This document shows positions 12,900 through 25,629 of a stretch of 64,000 bases of DNA, piece after piece. Made by a program: the position numbers and the translations under genes. Each line of letters starts with the position of its first letter. The first letter of the stretch is position 1. This stretch comes from Dicyema japonicum (Eukaryota > Animalia > Dicyemida), in the NCBI GenBank assembly GCA_011109175.1, contig RDEW01000062.1, forward strand, positions 181,076 through 245,075, read 5' to 3'. The notes beneath the pieces were generated by a model. That model did no database searches, was not told the origin of the DNA, and was given only the letters and a program-made list of their open reading frames with translations.

Positions 12900-14130
12900 T
12901 TTGTTTCGACTTTTTCAGTGCGATTCTCTTTATCTTATTTTACCTTCTTTATTTTTGCTTGTAAATTTTCACAGGAACTGCGGTTCTGTGAATTATCGAA
13001 ACTTCCAGTCGGATAAGGTGCCATATAAGACATTCTCTAAGAATACTCTATCTCATTTTATTCAGAATTTCCAAATATTTTTCGATTTCCTCATTGAAAT
13101 ACCACAAGTGCGTACCATATAAGAGCATAGACAACATCACGACGTTAAACACTTTACCCAGGCATCTCGGCTCAGCTGAAACGTGCGAAAAGCATCCAAG
13201 CGATGTACAACCAGCTTCCTATACAATTGAAGTTGAAAGTAACCCCAAGGTAGCGTATCCTTACTTTGACCGATACAGAAACTCAATAGACAATCACTCT
13301 AGGTGTTAGGATACGAAGCCGCTTAAGGTGGTTAAAACTAACAACGTGTACTTCTCAGGCCTTAATTTGCGCCCCCTTTTGTCACATCAAATCTTCAGAC
13401 ACGCGACATCTGATCGTTTCTTTTTCAAAAACCAGTTCATCCTTTTTACAATGCCTTAAAACATAACCCACCGAAAACTATCGTTCTATTCTTCGCCAGT
13501 AACCTTAAAATCAGTGCTCGAACTTATTCGAAGTGAAGATATAATATTATTGACACACAGACTGGCAGACTTCTCGACAAATTCTTTTGGACGAACAGTC
13601 GAGATTGCACAGAACTTTGCTGTGAACTCCGAAGAAAGGAGTGTGCCCTTTGACGTTCGTTTTGTGGCTATAAGAAGGCGATAGCTAGTCGATATCATTA
13701 AACGTGATCTGGAAGCTGCTGGTTCCATTCCATCCTCTAACCTGTGGATTTGATCGAGGAGATGGGAGAAGACCAGACGGGATGACAATCTTATCATTTG
13801 CTGAAGGACGCTCTCTCGAATGGGATGTCACTTATGTTGATACCTTTTCCCTGACAAATATGTAACCCAGTACAAACTCAGGCTGTCTTACCGTTGACTC
13901 TACTGAACGGAAAATTCTGGTTAAATATTCTGTGTTTGAGGACCATTTCAGTTTCGTCCCAATTGCCTTTGAGACTTTGTTGTGGCCGGGTCATTTAGCA
14001 AAAGTGTTCTCCGAGAGATTAAAAGTACAATCTGATTTACGCTTAGGGATCTGCGTGAGCGGCGCAGGTATCGTGAACTTATCGGAATAGCAATTGTTAG
14101 AGGGAATGTTTAATCCTTTTTGCAGCCGGT
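12900..14130 (+). mobile_element. CRE-like RLE retrotransposon, degenerate 3' part
   Basis: DRGDGRRPDGMTILSFAEGRSLEWDVTYVDTF, FVPIAFETL and IGIAIVRGN in broken frames. The 5' limit is uncertain. Confidence 0.8.
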
Positions 14131-14249
14131 TCCTGCCCTTTACTTTTTGAAGTCTTATTTTTGTTTGACTTTTGTTATAATTAAAAATCTGTCAAGTAAA
14201 AAAGTGGGTCAGAACACTTATTTGAAATTCCATTTAAGCTGAAACAGTT

Positions 14250-15130
14250 TTTAGCTTTCATAAGAACTTTAGTCCGAAATTGGTTTAACGTCACCACGTA
14301 TGAGCAAATCGATCTAGGAACAGCAGCGATGCGTTTATCTTTTAATATATTTGCTTGGAAAGGGAGTCAGGTAGCATCTGTTAGCTATAGATGTAAGCAA
14401 TTCTCTTTACGAGTAGATGATCCAGATAAATTATAACGTGGAAAATGAAATCCATATATTGTACTCTCAATATTTCCCCTCCTTTTCCTTCACGCATTTG
14501 ATGTTTCTGTACAGTTTTTAACCGATTACTTTATTGTCATAGAAAATAAGAACATCCCTCGTGGATTCATTGCGAATTTTGTTTTGATTTTCCTCCTGAG
14601 ATCACAAAGTTATTTAAGGAACGCCGAAGGATAAAGTCAATAAACGCTATTTGAAAAAGAATTAAATCTATGTTTGATTTAAACGAACAAATCAACGACT
14701 TCATTTAGAAACACAGGACTTAAGAATGAAACAACTTTATTTCCACAAAGATCCGCAATTTTAATATATTTGTCGGATATCTAAAATCTTTCGTTTTTTG
14801 GTAGCTACTCTCCCGTTAGCCACAGCCTTTCTTAACTTGAAAGACCGGGGTAAATAAATAGTTGGTTATCTCGACCTCCTAACATTTAGGAGGCCAGCTG
14901 AGAGTGCTGGGCGTCCCACAAGTTTTTCCTGGTCTGAAAAAGATTTGACTGATAGTATGATTATAGTGTTCAGGTTAAGGGAGCCAAAATTTGGATCCAT
15001 CAGAGAGGCAGAAATGTCTCAAGTGAAGTTATGATCGAATTTTTCTGGAATTCTTATCAATGATTGCTTTCGAGTTGTCTATTGCCGCCAGATGACAGCT
15101 CGTTTGTTTTAGATATTAAATGGCCCTAGT
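14250..15130 (+). mobile_element. Degenerate APE-type LINE fragment
   Basis: KNIPRG..PEITKLFKERRRIK linker-like remnant, heavily decayed. Confidence 0.4.
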
Positions 15131-15139
15131 ATATACGAA

Positions 15140-15650
15140 ATAATGAATCATGTTAGTTAGTAGCCACGACCTCGCTATCTTGTAGGAGGCCGGCTGTCCT
15201 CAGGTATCTAGCAGCACGTATTGGACGTTTCCACAAGTCTTTGATGTTTACTGGGGGTCTCGGGCAGGAGAAAGCTTTTCGTAGTATCATTGATTGTTGT
15301 CCGGTGACCGAAGCCAGAGCCTTAGTCGTCTCTAAGGAGAAAGTTCCCATAACGTAGTTATGCTAGGGTCCTTCTTGTTTCTCTGTCGAAAGTCATGAAT
15401 AATAATGACACCAGAGACACGGTTACACAAACTAACTAATCACGTGATCCCAGCACGCTCTAGCAGGGACCTCATCTTGGCCCGATGCTCCTCCCTCGAC
15501 CCCACACAAGCACGTATAGGTCGAGTGACTGGATCTTCGCAGTCATGACGGCGCGTTCCATGGTTCATTCGTATCATGGCTTCAAGAGGCATTGTGGCTG
15601 GAACTCTCCGGAAATCCAGCGTTCCGTGATTTGGATGAATCATCTTAAGT
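15140..15650 (-). mobile_element. Two Vingi-like 3' ends
   Basis: C-termini LRTAGLL and EEHRAKMRSLLERAGIT* followed by ttagttag, as at 34950-35010 and 41740-41780. Confidence 0.7.
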
Positions 15651-15899
15651 TAAGGAAATCAATAAATTATTTTTATTAATCCCATTAAATTTAAAAAAAG
15701 CGTTAAAGTTTTTTAATTTAGATAATTATAATTTCTAATTTTTAAATTTGAAAAAAATCCTCGTGATGCTTCGATTTACAACATTTTTTGTTGGTCGAAG
15801 GTTATGTAATAATTATCCACATAAGTAAATTTTATAAATTTATGTTAGATCGACTATTTTTGTATCTAAGGATATGATAGTATGCCATCATCCAGAATC

Positions 15900-17250
15900 A
15901 TCATTTCCTTATGAAGAATCGCAAGTTCAGTTCATTTCACTAAACATAGCCACTTCCTGAAAATTTTGAGGATCTAAAATTAGTAAGTAAAAAAGTAACA
16001 AAAATAGAATGAAAATATTCTGAAGGTTCAAATTCATCCAAAGTCCCTTCTACTCCAGAGTACCAAGCCAATTCTGGCTAAGGAATTGGCTGGTATGTTT
16101 TATACTCCAGAAGTCGCATGGAGACCTAAGTAGAATATTCTTTGATTTTCGTAGACCAAAAATGAGAAGACGCCGAAGCTACTTGAAACCTGAAAGGGAA
16201 CAATTATAATTTGTTTCATAACTTACAATTTATTAGAACTTAATTATTTAATTTTCTTGAAATAATTTGGGCTTTGTGTCACTGGTTATTTTTGTTATTT
16301 CCTTTAAGAAAACTTTATTTGTTTGATAGGCTTCCGTGCCTTTTAACGGAATTTACGCTTCAAAGCTAACAATTCGATAGAAAGTATCGATTTTCAGTAA
16401 GTCACCGGAAGAAAATGGATCAATTTCGGAAGGTTCTATATCCACGAGTCTATTCTAGTAAGGATAAGGATGTTCATTTATGGCTTTGAACATGTTACCC
16501 GAGTTCAATCTTGCAACACACCGAGGTATCTTTATTCTTCCATTCCATCAAGCAAACTAGCTTCAGATTACAAGCCGAGCACATTAATAACAGATTTTCG
16601 ACATTTCGGTCGAGTTCAAAGAAAGAATTAACCTCCATCGTCATAGTCGTGTGTTTATATTTCGAGAGAATACTTTTAGGTCGTCCATAGACAGCAGGTG
16701 GTTTGTTGCATAACTAGGAGATCCTAGGTTGTGCTTCTCAATAACCACTATGAGGTATTTCTCATTTAGTATTTTGTTCAGATGGTCCATTACAAGCACA
16801 AATATCTGAGGTAACAGAGTTACTCTGTAGTATCCCTCTCTTCAACTTGATTTCTCAAATTTTTTTGCGATTAAAATTCGATTTAATTTTCCATGTAATG
16901 ATCAAGTTTTTCGCAAAATCTACAAGCCAGTAATGAAATCCAAAGTTATCGAGTACCCAAATAAGAAGTCATGATCTACTAAATCGAAAGATTGTTACAT
17001 GTATCCACACAGTTGCCAAATTATTCCCGTTCTGCTGGATGATGCATTGTTTAAGTATTTCCTCTTAGTCGAGAATTGTTGAAACCAGTCCTTCATAAGA
17101 ATACCTTTAACCACCTTCATATTTTCAAGTTAGAACGGATTAAACTAGGAGAGGAACGCTAGCGAAAAGTCTAAGGGCTTCAAGACAAGACCCATGTTAT
17201 TTCTACTGTCCTTCACATTTAACTTTACTTAATTTTCCTGTTAATGAAAA
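15900..17250 (-). mobile_element. Degenerate R4-like RLE retrotransposon
   Basis: DGMEE*RYLGVLQD remnant matches GMEGYRYLGVLED of the 53-54.9 kb element. Confidence 0.5.
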
Positions 17251-17344
17251 TTCATTAAAAAAATTATATTATAGCATATTTTGGTCGTAGTGATAAAAGT
17301 CTACTCATCATTTTTGAAGCCAAACTAGTCTACTTTTTTGCATT

Positions 17345-17450
17345 ATTATTATTAACCCCAGGCTTACCATTGTAAGCTTAGCACAAACAGTCATAACTAA
17401 CTAATCCAAGGAAAGAACCAAAAGAGAACACTTTTTTGTAGACCATAATC
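17345..17450 (-). repeat. LINE-type 3' tail ending in (TAA)n, also at ~38090-38170
   Basis: ctagcacaaa..gtca.aactaact.atccaaggaaa occurs at both sites. Confidence 0.55.
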
Positions 17451-17593
17451 CAAAGAAAATGCAAGTGGAAATTATTCTATATTTTTTTAGATTTTTTAAA
17501 ATATAAATTATTTTATTTTAAATTAAAAAAAATAAATTTTTTGAATACGATTTACGTAGTGTTCTGTGTTGTTGGATTTTCTGCCTGATTAGT

Positions 17594-18815
17594 ATGGCAT
17601 TATTTTCTGCCTTCGATAGAACTAATGAATTTCAATTAACGGCAAATAGCATGAAATCATCAGTACCATAAGTATAATTAACTTTATTAGTACCAAAAGG
17701 AAAATGTTGCTAAACCAGTTCCAATTCCTGCACAAAGGCTAGAATATCTTACGTATACACAGTAATAATTAAAATTTGTATCAAAATAGAGAATTATCAG
17801 ACAGCCTATCACTTGTTGCCATTCGCAGCGAAAAACTATCTGAATGTACCTATTTTAAAATTTATTATTTTTGTTAATTTTTTATTTTTTAGTAAAATTT
17901 ATATTAGTAGTTTCCTCGAGTTCACTTTTTGATGATAAAGCAAAGGAAATTGAATCAGAATTTTCTCAAGTTGCTACAGAATTGCGGGAGGCATGCCGAA
18001 AATACGAGAGCTTACCATCGGTAGTATTTTATGAGTATTTAGAAATTTTCAAAACTACTTAATGGAGGGAAAAGTCAGGCCAAAACTCATTGTCTTTCAA
18101 TTTCCGACTATTTAAACGTAAATAGTTTAATTCATTTTCAGACTCAAATCAGTCTTGTTAGCGATCAATTTAAAGACGTCCTGCGACAAAGAAGTGCTGT
18201 ATTATTTCATTATATTTTAAGAAACAACGAGCCTTTCACTCCAAACTTGAATTTCTTGCAGATAATGAACACGTGCCTTCTACATTCCCTACATCTGTTG
18301 TAGGAAATGGTTTTAGTTGAATTTTCTTATAGCAGATGCTGGTTTGAACTGCCCCGCTCTTCTTAGGGCACAAAACGCTTCAAAAAACAAGTCGGAAAAT
18401 TTCGTTGTTGATCTCTCAAACTTTCCAGAAACTGATTCCAGGAACCGAGCTCTTCACCAGGAGTCCATTTTGCAGAATATTCAGGTTCTTTGTGAGTTTT
18501 ATGATTTGTAGGAACAGCAATATTCGATTGACTTGGAAGCAGTAAACCAAGTCAATACCAAATTGCAAGAAATGACTACAATGTTCCAGCATATTGCCAC
18601 TCTTGTATCTGAGCAGGGTGAACAGATCACTAGGTTACATTTTCTCTTATTTTACTAGAATTGACATGAATGTAGCTGAAACTGAGAATTTTGTTGAGCA
18701 AGGATATCATGAATTGATGAAATACTTTAATTCTATTACTAAAAATAGATGGTTCTACGTCAAGCTTTTTGCCATTTTTGTTATATTTTTATTTCTTTTT
18801 ATTTTAATATTCTGA
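17594..18815 (+). CDS. STX5: Syntaxin-5 (Golgi Qa-SNARE)
   Basis: N-terminal DRTNEF, SLFDDKAKEIE, SNARE motif FQHIATLVSEQGEQIT|RIDMNV, ELMKYFNSITKNRWFYVKLF plus C-terminal TM. Confidence 0.93.
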
Positions 18816-18849
18816 CCTTAAATTAATAATATTTTTTAATAAAAGTATT

Positions 18850-19480
18850 TTTTGAACCAGGTTTTTGAAATTCCAGGATTTGTTTTGATTCTTTATAGTG
18901 GACTTTCCATATTTGTTAATGTAAGTGGTTATTCGAACTATTGGCCTCATAGTACCCCCACTTTTACGTTCTTCATGAATTTCTACTTAGTCAGTCCAAC
19001 AGGATCACCTAGTTTTCTATTTGTTAACTCTTTGTGGATATCTACATAGTATGTCCAATAGACCGCCTAATATTTCACTTGTACATTTTACGGATTTCTT
19101 TTGCAAATTTTGGCTTTGTTTCTAAATTTGGATGTATTTGTTGAAAATTATTTGGAATCGTGGGCCAAGCATAAAGAAGTAATCCTTGATTCGGATAATT
19201 TTTGATTTTTATAGTATGTGGTTGGTTCAAGAAGTTTTTAGATATCCAATGATCGTTCATGGGGAGTGGTTTTCAATCTCTTGGAATGTTTGAGGTTGAA
19301 TATTGATATGCATGGACGCCAATGCAGGAACAACATAATTCAACGTTCTTCGGATGAACAGTTTGTAAATACTTGTAAGGCTCCCCCAAAAGATGTACCC
19401 ACCATGGCCCGGGATAAGTTGGCTTTTTGTGATTTTCGCGTATGTATGTTCAAATATGAGAGACAAGTATGGAAGATCAA
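18850..19480 (-). mobile_element. APE-type LINE fragment (post-RT region)
   Basis: LTSIYKLFIRRTLNYVVPAL motif. Confidence 0.55.
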
Positions 19481-19499
19481 ACCAAGTCTTTTTTAGTAT

Positions 19500-19890
19500 T
19501 TAAAGACAAAATGGGAGTTTTAAGATAAGAGTTAATCTTAGTTTGAATGATTGAGATCATTATTGAAGAAAATTAAAGACGACTTGTTTAAGAAAAGGAT
19601 GAGATCGGACTAATGAAAATATTATTAAGATATATTCAGAAAACCGATTGTTACATTTCGGTTGTGTTAAGCAATTACAATATCATCACAAGAAAGAGAA
19701 AAATTCGGTTTTGTAGGCGAGCTTGATAGATTTAGGTTGGGTAAGGCTGGAGAGAACACATCTATAAAGAATGTGATTAGTTAGTTATTTGTAACGTGAG
19801 TAGGTAGACATGATAGCGGGGCATCCAAGTTTTGCTGTACATGCGGGGCTATAAATATTATGGCTCTCGTGAAAGTGCTAATAATAATAA
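19500..19890 (+). mobile_element. CR1-like LINE 3' end with (TAA)n tail
   Basis: Decayed ELDRF-type C-terminus, then catgcggggctataaatattatggctctcgtgaaagtgc(taa)n. The same tail occurs at 37499-37545. Confidence 0.6.
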
Positions 19891-20129
19891 TAGTTAGCCA
19901 AGTAGTTAATCGGTCGGAAGGTTGTGGTGGTGAACAGTTCTATTGCACGAAGTGCTTATTAGTTTTATGATGGATGAAAATAACGTAGAAAAACGTACAG
20001 CTAAAAATAAAACCTTTCACCTATCCGATAAGGTGATCGTGTGTGGCGGAGTAATTAAAAACGGATTTTAGGATTATTATAGGCACTTAAGAAATGCCAT
20101 AAGACACGACAAAGCAAATCAAACGACAA

Positions 20130-20560
20130 GTTAACCTCTTCCATCTCTGACGACTTTTTTCCATGTCTCGCAGCCTGTCAATGTCTTCCCTGTCTTTGAG
20201 ACATCTCCTGATTTTCTTAATATCTTCATCAAGGACTGTAAGGTAACCTTCGGTCGACTACAGAAACGCGGAGAATCCAGAAGCAAGTAGTCTTTTATGG
20301 CCACGTTCGCGGGTTCAGACGAAATATATATGTCCAAACAGTCTCAAGGATCTCGTATAAAATCGCTGCAAACTTCGTTTTCTTATAAAAAATCTCGAAT
20401 GGCATTCTGGAGTGATTCCAAGAGAAGAGAACCCTGACGCGTTCTAGCAGAACCTTTGTAAACTCAGAGTTTATCAGGTTAATCTGGTGCTTGCAGGAGT
20501 GCGGAAGGGGAGCCTAGAATGACGCGATGGCTCCTCCAGAACATTAGGCTCGCGATTATT
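20130..20560 (-). mobile_element. RTE-related 3' fragment (family of the 9003 element)
   Basis: AIKDYLL..RPKVTLQ..WKKVV parallels AMENYF..RPRITLP..WRKLV. Confidence 0.65.
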
Positions 20561-20698
20561 AGGGGTAACTACCATTGAGTGTTAAATGCCTTCAGGCCAA
20601 ATGGGGATCATGTCATAACAACTAACTTTATTTTTATTTTAATAAATTGGTATATTTAAAAAATATGAAAATTATTTTTTTAAATTGCATTTAACGTG

Positions 20699-21686
20699 AT
20701 GCTAAGTGTCTTGGAAAAAGATTTTATAATAGATGGAATAAAAGTTGTGCGATAAATATAAATTAAAGAATAATGTAAGAATTGATGGAAGAGACTGTCG
20801 TTCTCTTCGAGAAATAGGAATTGAAAATGGAATTTTGCCTAATGCTAATGGATCAGCACGTGTTAGACAAGGAAATACTGACGTTATCGTCGGTGTGAAG
20901 TGTGAATTATCAACGCCCGAAAAATCTAAACCTAATTCTGGAAAAGTAGAATTTTATTTTGATTGGTATTTTTCTTATAATTTATTTTAGTTCGAAAAAT
21001 GTTTACTTTGATATCGAAAAAGATAATTCCCGCCAAATGGCCATGGAAGTGATGAGTTTTATCACCAAAGCCTTTTCGAATTCAATTAAAACGGAATCCC
21101 TTTGTATTGTCCCTTCTAAGCTGTGCTGGATTCTTCATGTTGATGTTTTGGTAGTTACTTTGCAATGATTAACTAGTTACTTGAATGTGGGGGAAATGTA
21201 TATGATGTCACCGCGGTTGCCGTTAAAGTAGCCCTGTTTGATACTGTTATCCCAATAATATCGGTCTCCGAAGATGGAGATGACCAAGTTGATGTACAAA
21301 TCGAGCCAAATATCTGCAAAGGAGTCTACCTCGACATTAATTTCTTTCCTACTGTAGTTACGACCTGCAAAGTTAGAATTGACGCGATATATGATTTATT
21401 AGATCGGGGACAGCTATGTCTTGGATGCCTGTATGCAGGAAGAAGAGTGTTCAATCGCTAGGTAGAACCAATAATTAATTTTAATAGCGTTGTGATTGCT
21501 TTTGATTCTAGTGGTAACGTGGTTGCTATGAAAAAATTACGAAATGGTGGGCTTGCCATTGATAGTTTGTTTGATATCATTGATGTATGAAGTTTTGTTT
21601 ACATCTAGGAAGCCTATAATACAAGTCGTACTTTGAGTGAAGCTGTTGACTCATGGATTAGTTTGAATATTAGTCGTTGTAAATAA
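20699..21686 (+). CDS. EXOSC7: Exosome complex component RRP42
   Basis: MLSVLEKDFIIDGIK|NNVRIDGRDC..NANGSARVRQGNTDVIVGVKCEL..KVEFYFDC, CWILHVDVL|LLECGGN. Complete after splicing; stop TAA 21684-21686. Confidence 0.94.
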
Positions 21687-23279
21687 ATAGATTTTTCCGA
21701 TTTACTTTGAATTGTCATTACTATCACAGAATTAATGTTAAAGGTGAGGGGTAGTTTAAATGGCATGGGTCCTCTTCAAGGACCCTCTCTTCGCGGTCGA
21801 TGAACAGAAAGCTGAAAATACAGAGGCAGGTCACAGTTTTTCTTACAGGTCATTATTCCTTCTACGCAATCACTTTTACTGGTTTAAGTAATTTTTCCTG
21901 CTTTTCATTTAACTTTGCCTGAAAAGCTTTCTTCCCCTTGGAAACAATATCTTCTCTGCAGTCGTTTTTAGATCCAAATAGCGGAAAGTATCAACTCTTC
22001 ACAATTTGTAGTGTACAATCCAAACAAAATTTTCAAGAGCGGAAATATTAATACTTCTTGGTAGAGAAGTTCAGACTCCTTGTTATGCATCATTCACCAT
22101 TACAGCTCATGTACTGCAAAAGCTCCGGATTCTTGAACGTATCTGAGAAAAAAACACCGTCAGCATAAATAAACACTTGAGTATTGCTATATTTCGAGTA
22201 TGGAAAACGTTGTAAAAAAAGCGGGTTCACGAAGGATTTCTGAAAGATAAGTTTTTTCAAGACATTTTTAGAAATTTAAAGTCTACGCTTCATAAACCTT
22301 TGCATAGAAATTTCCTTCTGCATAGAAAAAAACTTTGACCCAATTGTACAAAAAACTCTGTACTCGTTCGGCGTAGCTGCTTCTGCATGGCTTAAAACCG
22401 CAGTCTCAAGAACCTCAATAATATTAAGGCAAATGGCATTGAAATGCTTTTTAAAATCACGTGCCTCAAAAATTGAGATAGAAAAGGCAGTAGCGCCATC
22501 TCGGAATTGACGAGACTTATTAATATTTTTGGATATTTAAGTAGTTATTTGGATCAAAGTGAGGTTCTGATATTTTATTTTTGAATCTTCTTAGTTGAAT
22601 AAGTTAACTAAGAAAGAACGCGTTAACCATAATTTTTAGACCTTTCTCCAAATCACCGATTTCCTGTACGTACATCGTTTTTTAGGAGGACTTAGACGTG
22701 TTGATGTTTTACAAAACTTACAGGATTCTGTTTTATATCTTTGACTGAATGAATCGGTCGTTCTTTGAAAAGTTGTAAGAAATATTCTCATTTTTTATTG
22801 TTGAGTCATTTAATAAATAAGTGGAAAGGCTTCCAAGGTTACTAGATGCGCGAAATATTCTATTTTTAAGCGAGTTAAGATCCATATCGTTTGATGCGGA
22901 TAAGAGGCTCAGGAATACTTGACGATTGATTCTTAATGCTTAATGATGTGATTCTCTTTTAATTAATTGATTAACCCTGTATATAAATAAAAAAGTTAAT
23001 AAGTAACCTAATTTCAACTGTCGCAGAGTGGAGCCCTTTCTTTATCATAAAACATATCTTTCCAGAACTAGCGGAAAGGAAACAGTTGTGGGAACTGACA
23101 ATTTAGCTTAATAAATTACTTTTTATTATATAAATATGTCACGGTCCAATGGTGTAAGTGTCTCGATTACAACAAAATTTACTAAAAATAGTAAACTAGT
23201 TAATTAATACCAAAGGAATATGAATGTGAACTTTTTTCCAAAAAATCTTTCAATTTTTATGTAATCGTATTTTAACTCG

Positions 23280-23470
23280 TCTTTTTCATCCTAGTGGGAT
23301 ATCTTCATCTGATTCACCTGTCTCAGGTGGCGCCCAGTGTCAGGCTGGCACGAAAATGATCATTTGCTTTCCCCCACTCCACTGGAGGGGTTTCTACAAC
23401 TGCAAGTTCCGGATGGACTCTGTTTCTATAGCATTGGAAACTGGATACACTTAACTACTAGTTTACTTTT
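23280..23470 (+). mobile_element. SINE family 2, internal/3' fragment
   Basis: aaatgatcatttgctttcccccactccactggagggg matches the reverse complement of 58010-58055. Confidence 0.5.
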
Positions 23471-23499
23471 AACATTTTTCCTCGTGTATCCGGGGTAAT

Positions 23500-24700
23500 A
23501 ATAAAAACCCCTTAAATAAATATCATTAGGTACTATGATCTGCCTAGGACCAATGATATGTCTCAACCTATGCAAACTTATAATTTAGTCTTTACCTTTG
23601 ATTTTAGTGAATTGTTATGGTAGATCGAAAACCAACAGTATCCATTCGCCCTTCCAGCGCTTTTTTCGCAAGCTAGCGGGTGGAGCCCGAAACTATCGAT
23701 CTGTTCATTCTATCTGCTCAAGAAAGTTCCCAAAACTATATTAGGGATGATCTTGTGCAATGTCTCACTTTTGGAGGATGATTTGGTCAATTAACACATA
23801 TGACGGTGTTGGTTTAAGGATGCAGGACTTATCGAAAGCCTAATGGCATACAACATCATCCAGTCTATGTTATGAATCCTGGGAAAAAGAAGTGATAAAT
23901 AGTCACGGGTCAGATCTCCAATAGATGGCCGAAATCCGAGTCAGTTGAAAATTCTGGAAAGGAGTGTATACTTTTTTTGACCACGGAATCGTAACCCATG
24001 AAAGATGAAAAGTGAACGAACATAAACAAAAACATTTACCGCTGAGAACAGAATATTGGAGAATCTCTTTACACATTTTTTCAGAATGTGATCTCTTTTT
24101 TCAGAATATGAATATTGGGACATTTTTTCAAAATAATACGACAAAATGGACTGCAGCTTTGTATCCGAAACGCTCTCAAAACTCCTTTTGAGAAGAGGAA
24201 GAAATTTTGTCACGAGATAGATAGAACTTCAACAGGCGATCTTCGTAGCGATTGAGATGATCCTACTATCTTTTTCATCAAAGGCGATCACGTTGGCCGA
24301 AAACAGTGGATGAAGAATAAATTTGGGTAGTCGTCCTGATAAGATGAGATTTATGAGAGAAGTGAGTGAAAAAGTAAGTTGAACAGGCTGATCTTAAACA
24401 GAGAGAAGACAAGTCTTTCAAGTGGTTTGCCCTTAATCACTGCTGTTGGGGACAAAGTTCTAACTGCATGGACTCAGTGATGTAATAGGAAGCAGATTTT
24501 AGTGGAAGATGGATGCTTTTCCAACAATAAATTTTATATGTCAACGAGGTCCATTTGAATAGGAGGCACCCTAATAACAGCACATGTTCCTCCTTCGAAT
24601 AATTTTGTAGGAGGATTCCTTTTGAGACCGAGGACTTAATCCTCCTCGTAGAACACTCATCTTAAATCCATGGTGCTTGTAATGTAAAACCAAGTAGTCC
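23500..24700 (-). mobile_element. Degenerate LINE reverse transcriptase
   Basis: Scattered RT-like remnants only. Confidence 0.35.
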
Positions 24701-24828
24701 GAGATAAATTTGAAGCTACAAATATTGTTCTTTATATTCGAAGAGAAGGCCCCTTCATAATTCAGATGCGATTATGGAAGTAGTCTAATTCGCGGGTGAA
24801 CGAAGAAAATTTTCAATAATACCTGAAA

Positions 24829-25452
24829 CAGGCATGTCAAATATGCGGCCCTTTGCAAACAGGCGTGCGGCCCCCACAAAGGATTGTTATATATTCAACT
24901 ACATTGGACGCTTATCCTTCCGTCATTAAAATAAATGAAATCACTAGAGAAAAGCAGTGGATTTCTGTCAATTGCGTCAAATTGATAGACGGCAGTTATG
25001 AGCGTTCTACGTGATCAGAAGACGTTCATGGGCTTAAACTTTACGCTCGCCCTTATATACGGACTACCCAGAACAACGATACCGTCCAACAACGCCCGTG
25101 CTTCCATGTGTTAGACGTAGCAATGGACGCTTACGTTCATATGATGCATCTTATGAATCGGTTATTATATTGTCTTTATAAAGCATTGCGCAAACTGACC
25201 CCATTGGCATCTTCAGCTAAAAAGAAGAGGAAAGACGGGTATTTTAAGAAAAATGTGAACTACAGTTCTCGGTACAATGGTTAATGCAAAAATACATTGT
25301 TTAGTTTGTAATAACAGGATTGCCACATCAAAAGAGTTAATCTTAAAAAGACTTGAAAATTGCTAAATAAACTTCAATAAATTAGTTTGGTTCGCTTGTA
25401 TAATCAAATTATCCTATGCAGTCCCTGGAGCCTTTTGGGTCTGACATACCTG
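24829..25452. mobile_element. Non-autonomous hAT (Buster-like) MITE
   Basis: TIRs CAGGCATGTCAAA and TCTGACATACCTG. 8-bp flanks ACCTGAAA / ACCTAAAG (6/8 match; the right one is nnnTAnnn). No transposase. Confidence 0.75.
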
Positions 25453-25629
25453 ACCTAAAGAACGTCAGCAGCAAAGGGACGTGCATCCTTCAGGATCCTT
25501 AATAAAAAATTATTAATTAATATAAAAAATAGAAAGTATTTTTTTGATGCGCCTATTAAAAAAAGATATATTTTAAATTAACAATCATCCATTAATTTAA
25601 TTAACCAATCAAAATTATTCGAGGTATAA

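Noticed and set aside
23138-23175. tRNA-Gln-like start ggtccaatggtgtaa
   Set aside because: No B box or cloverleaf follows.
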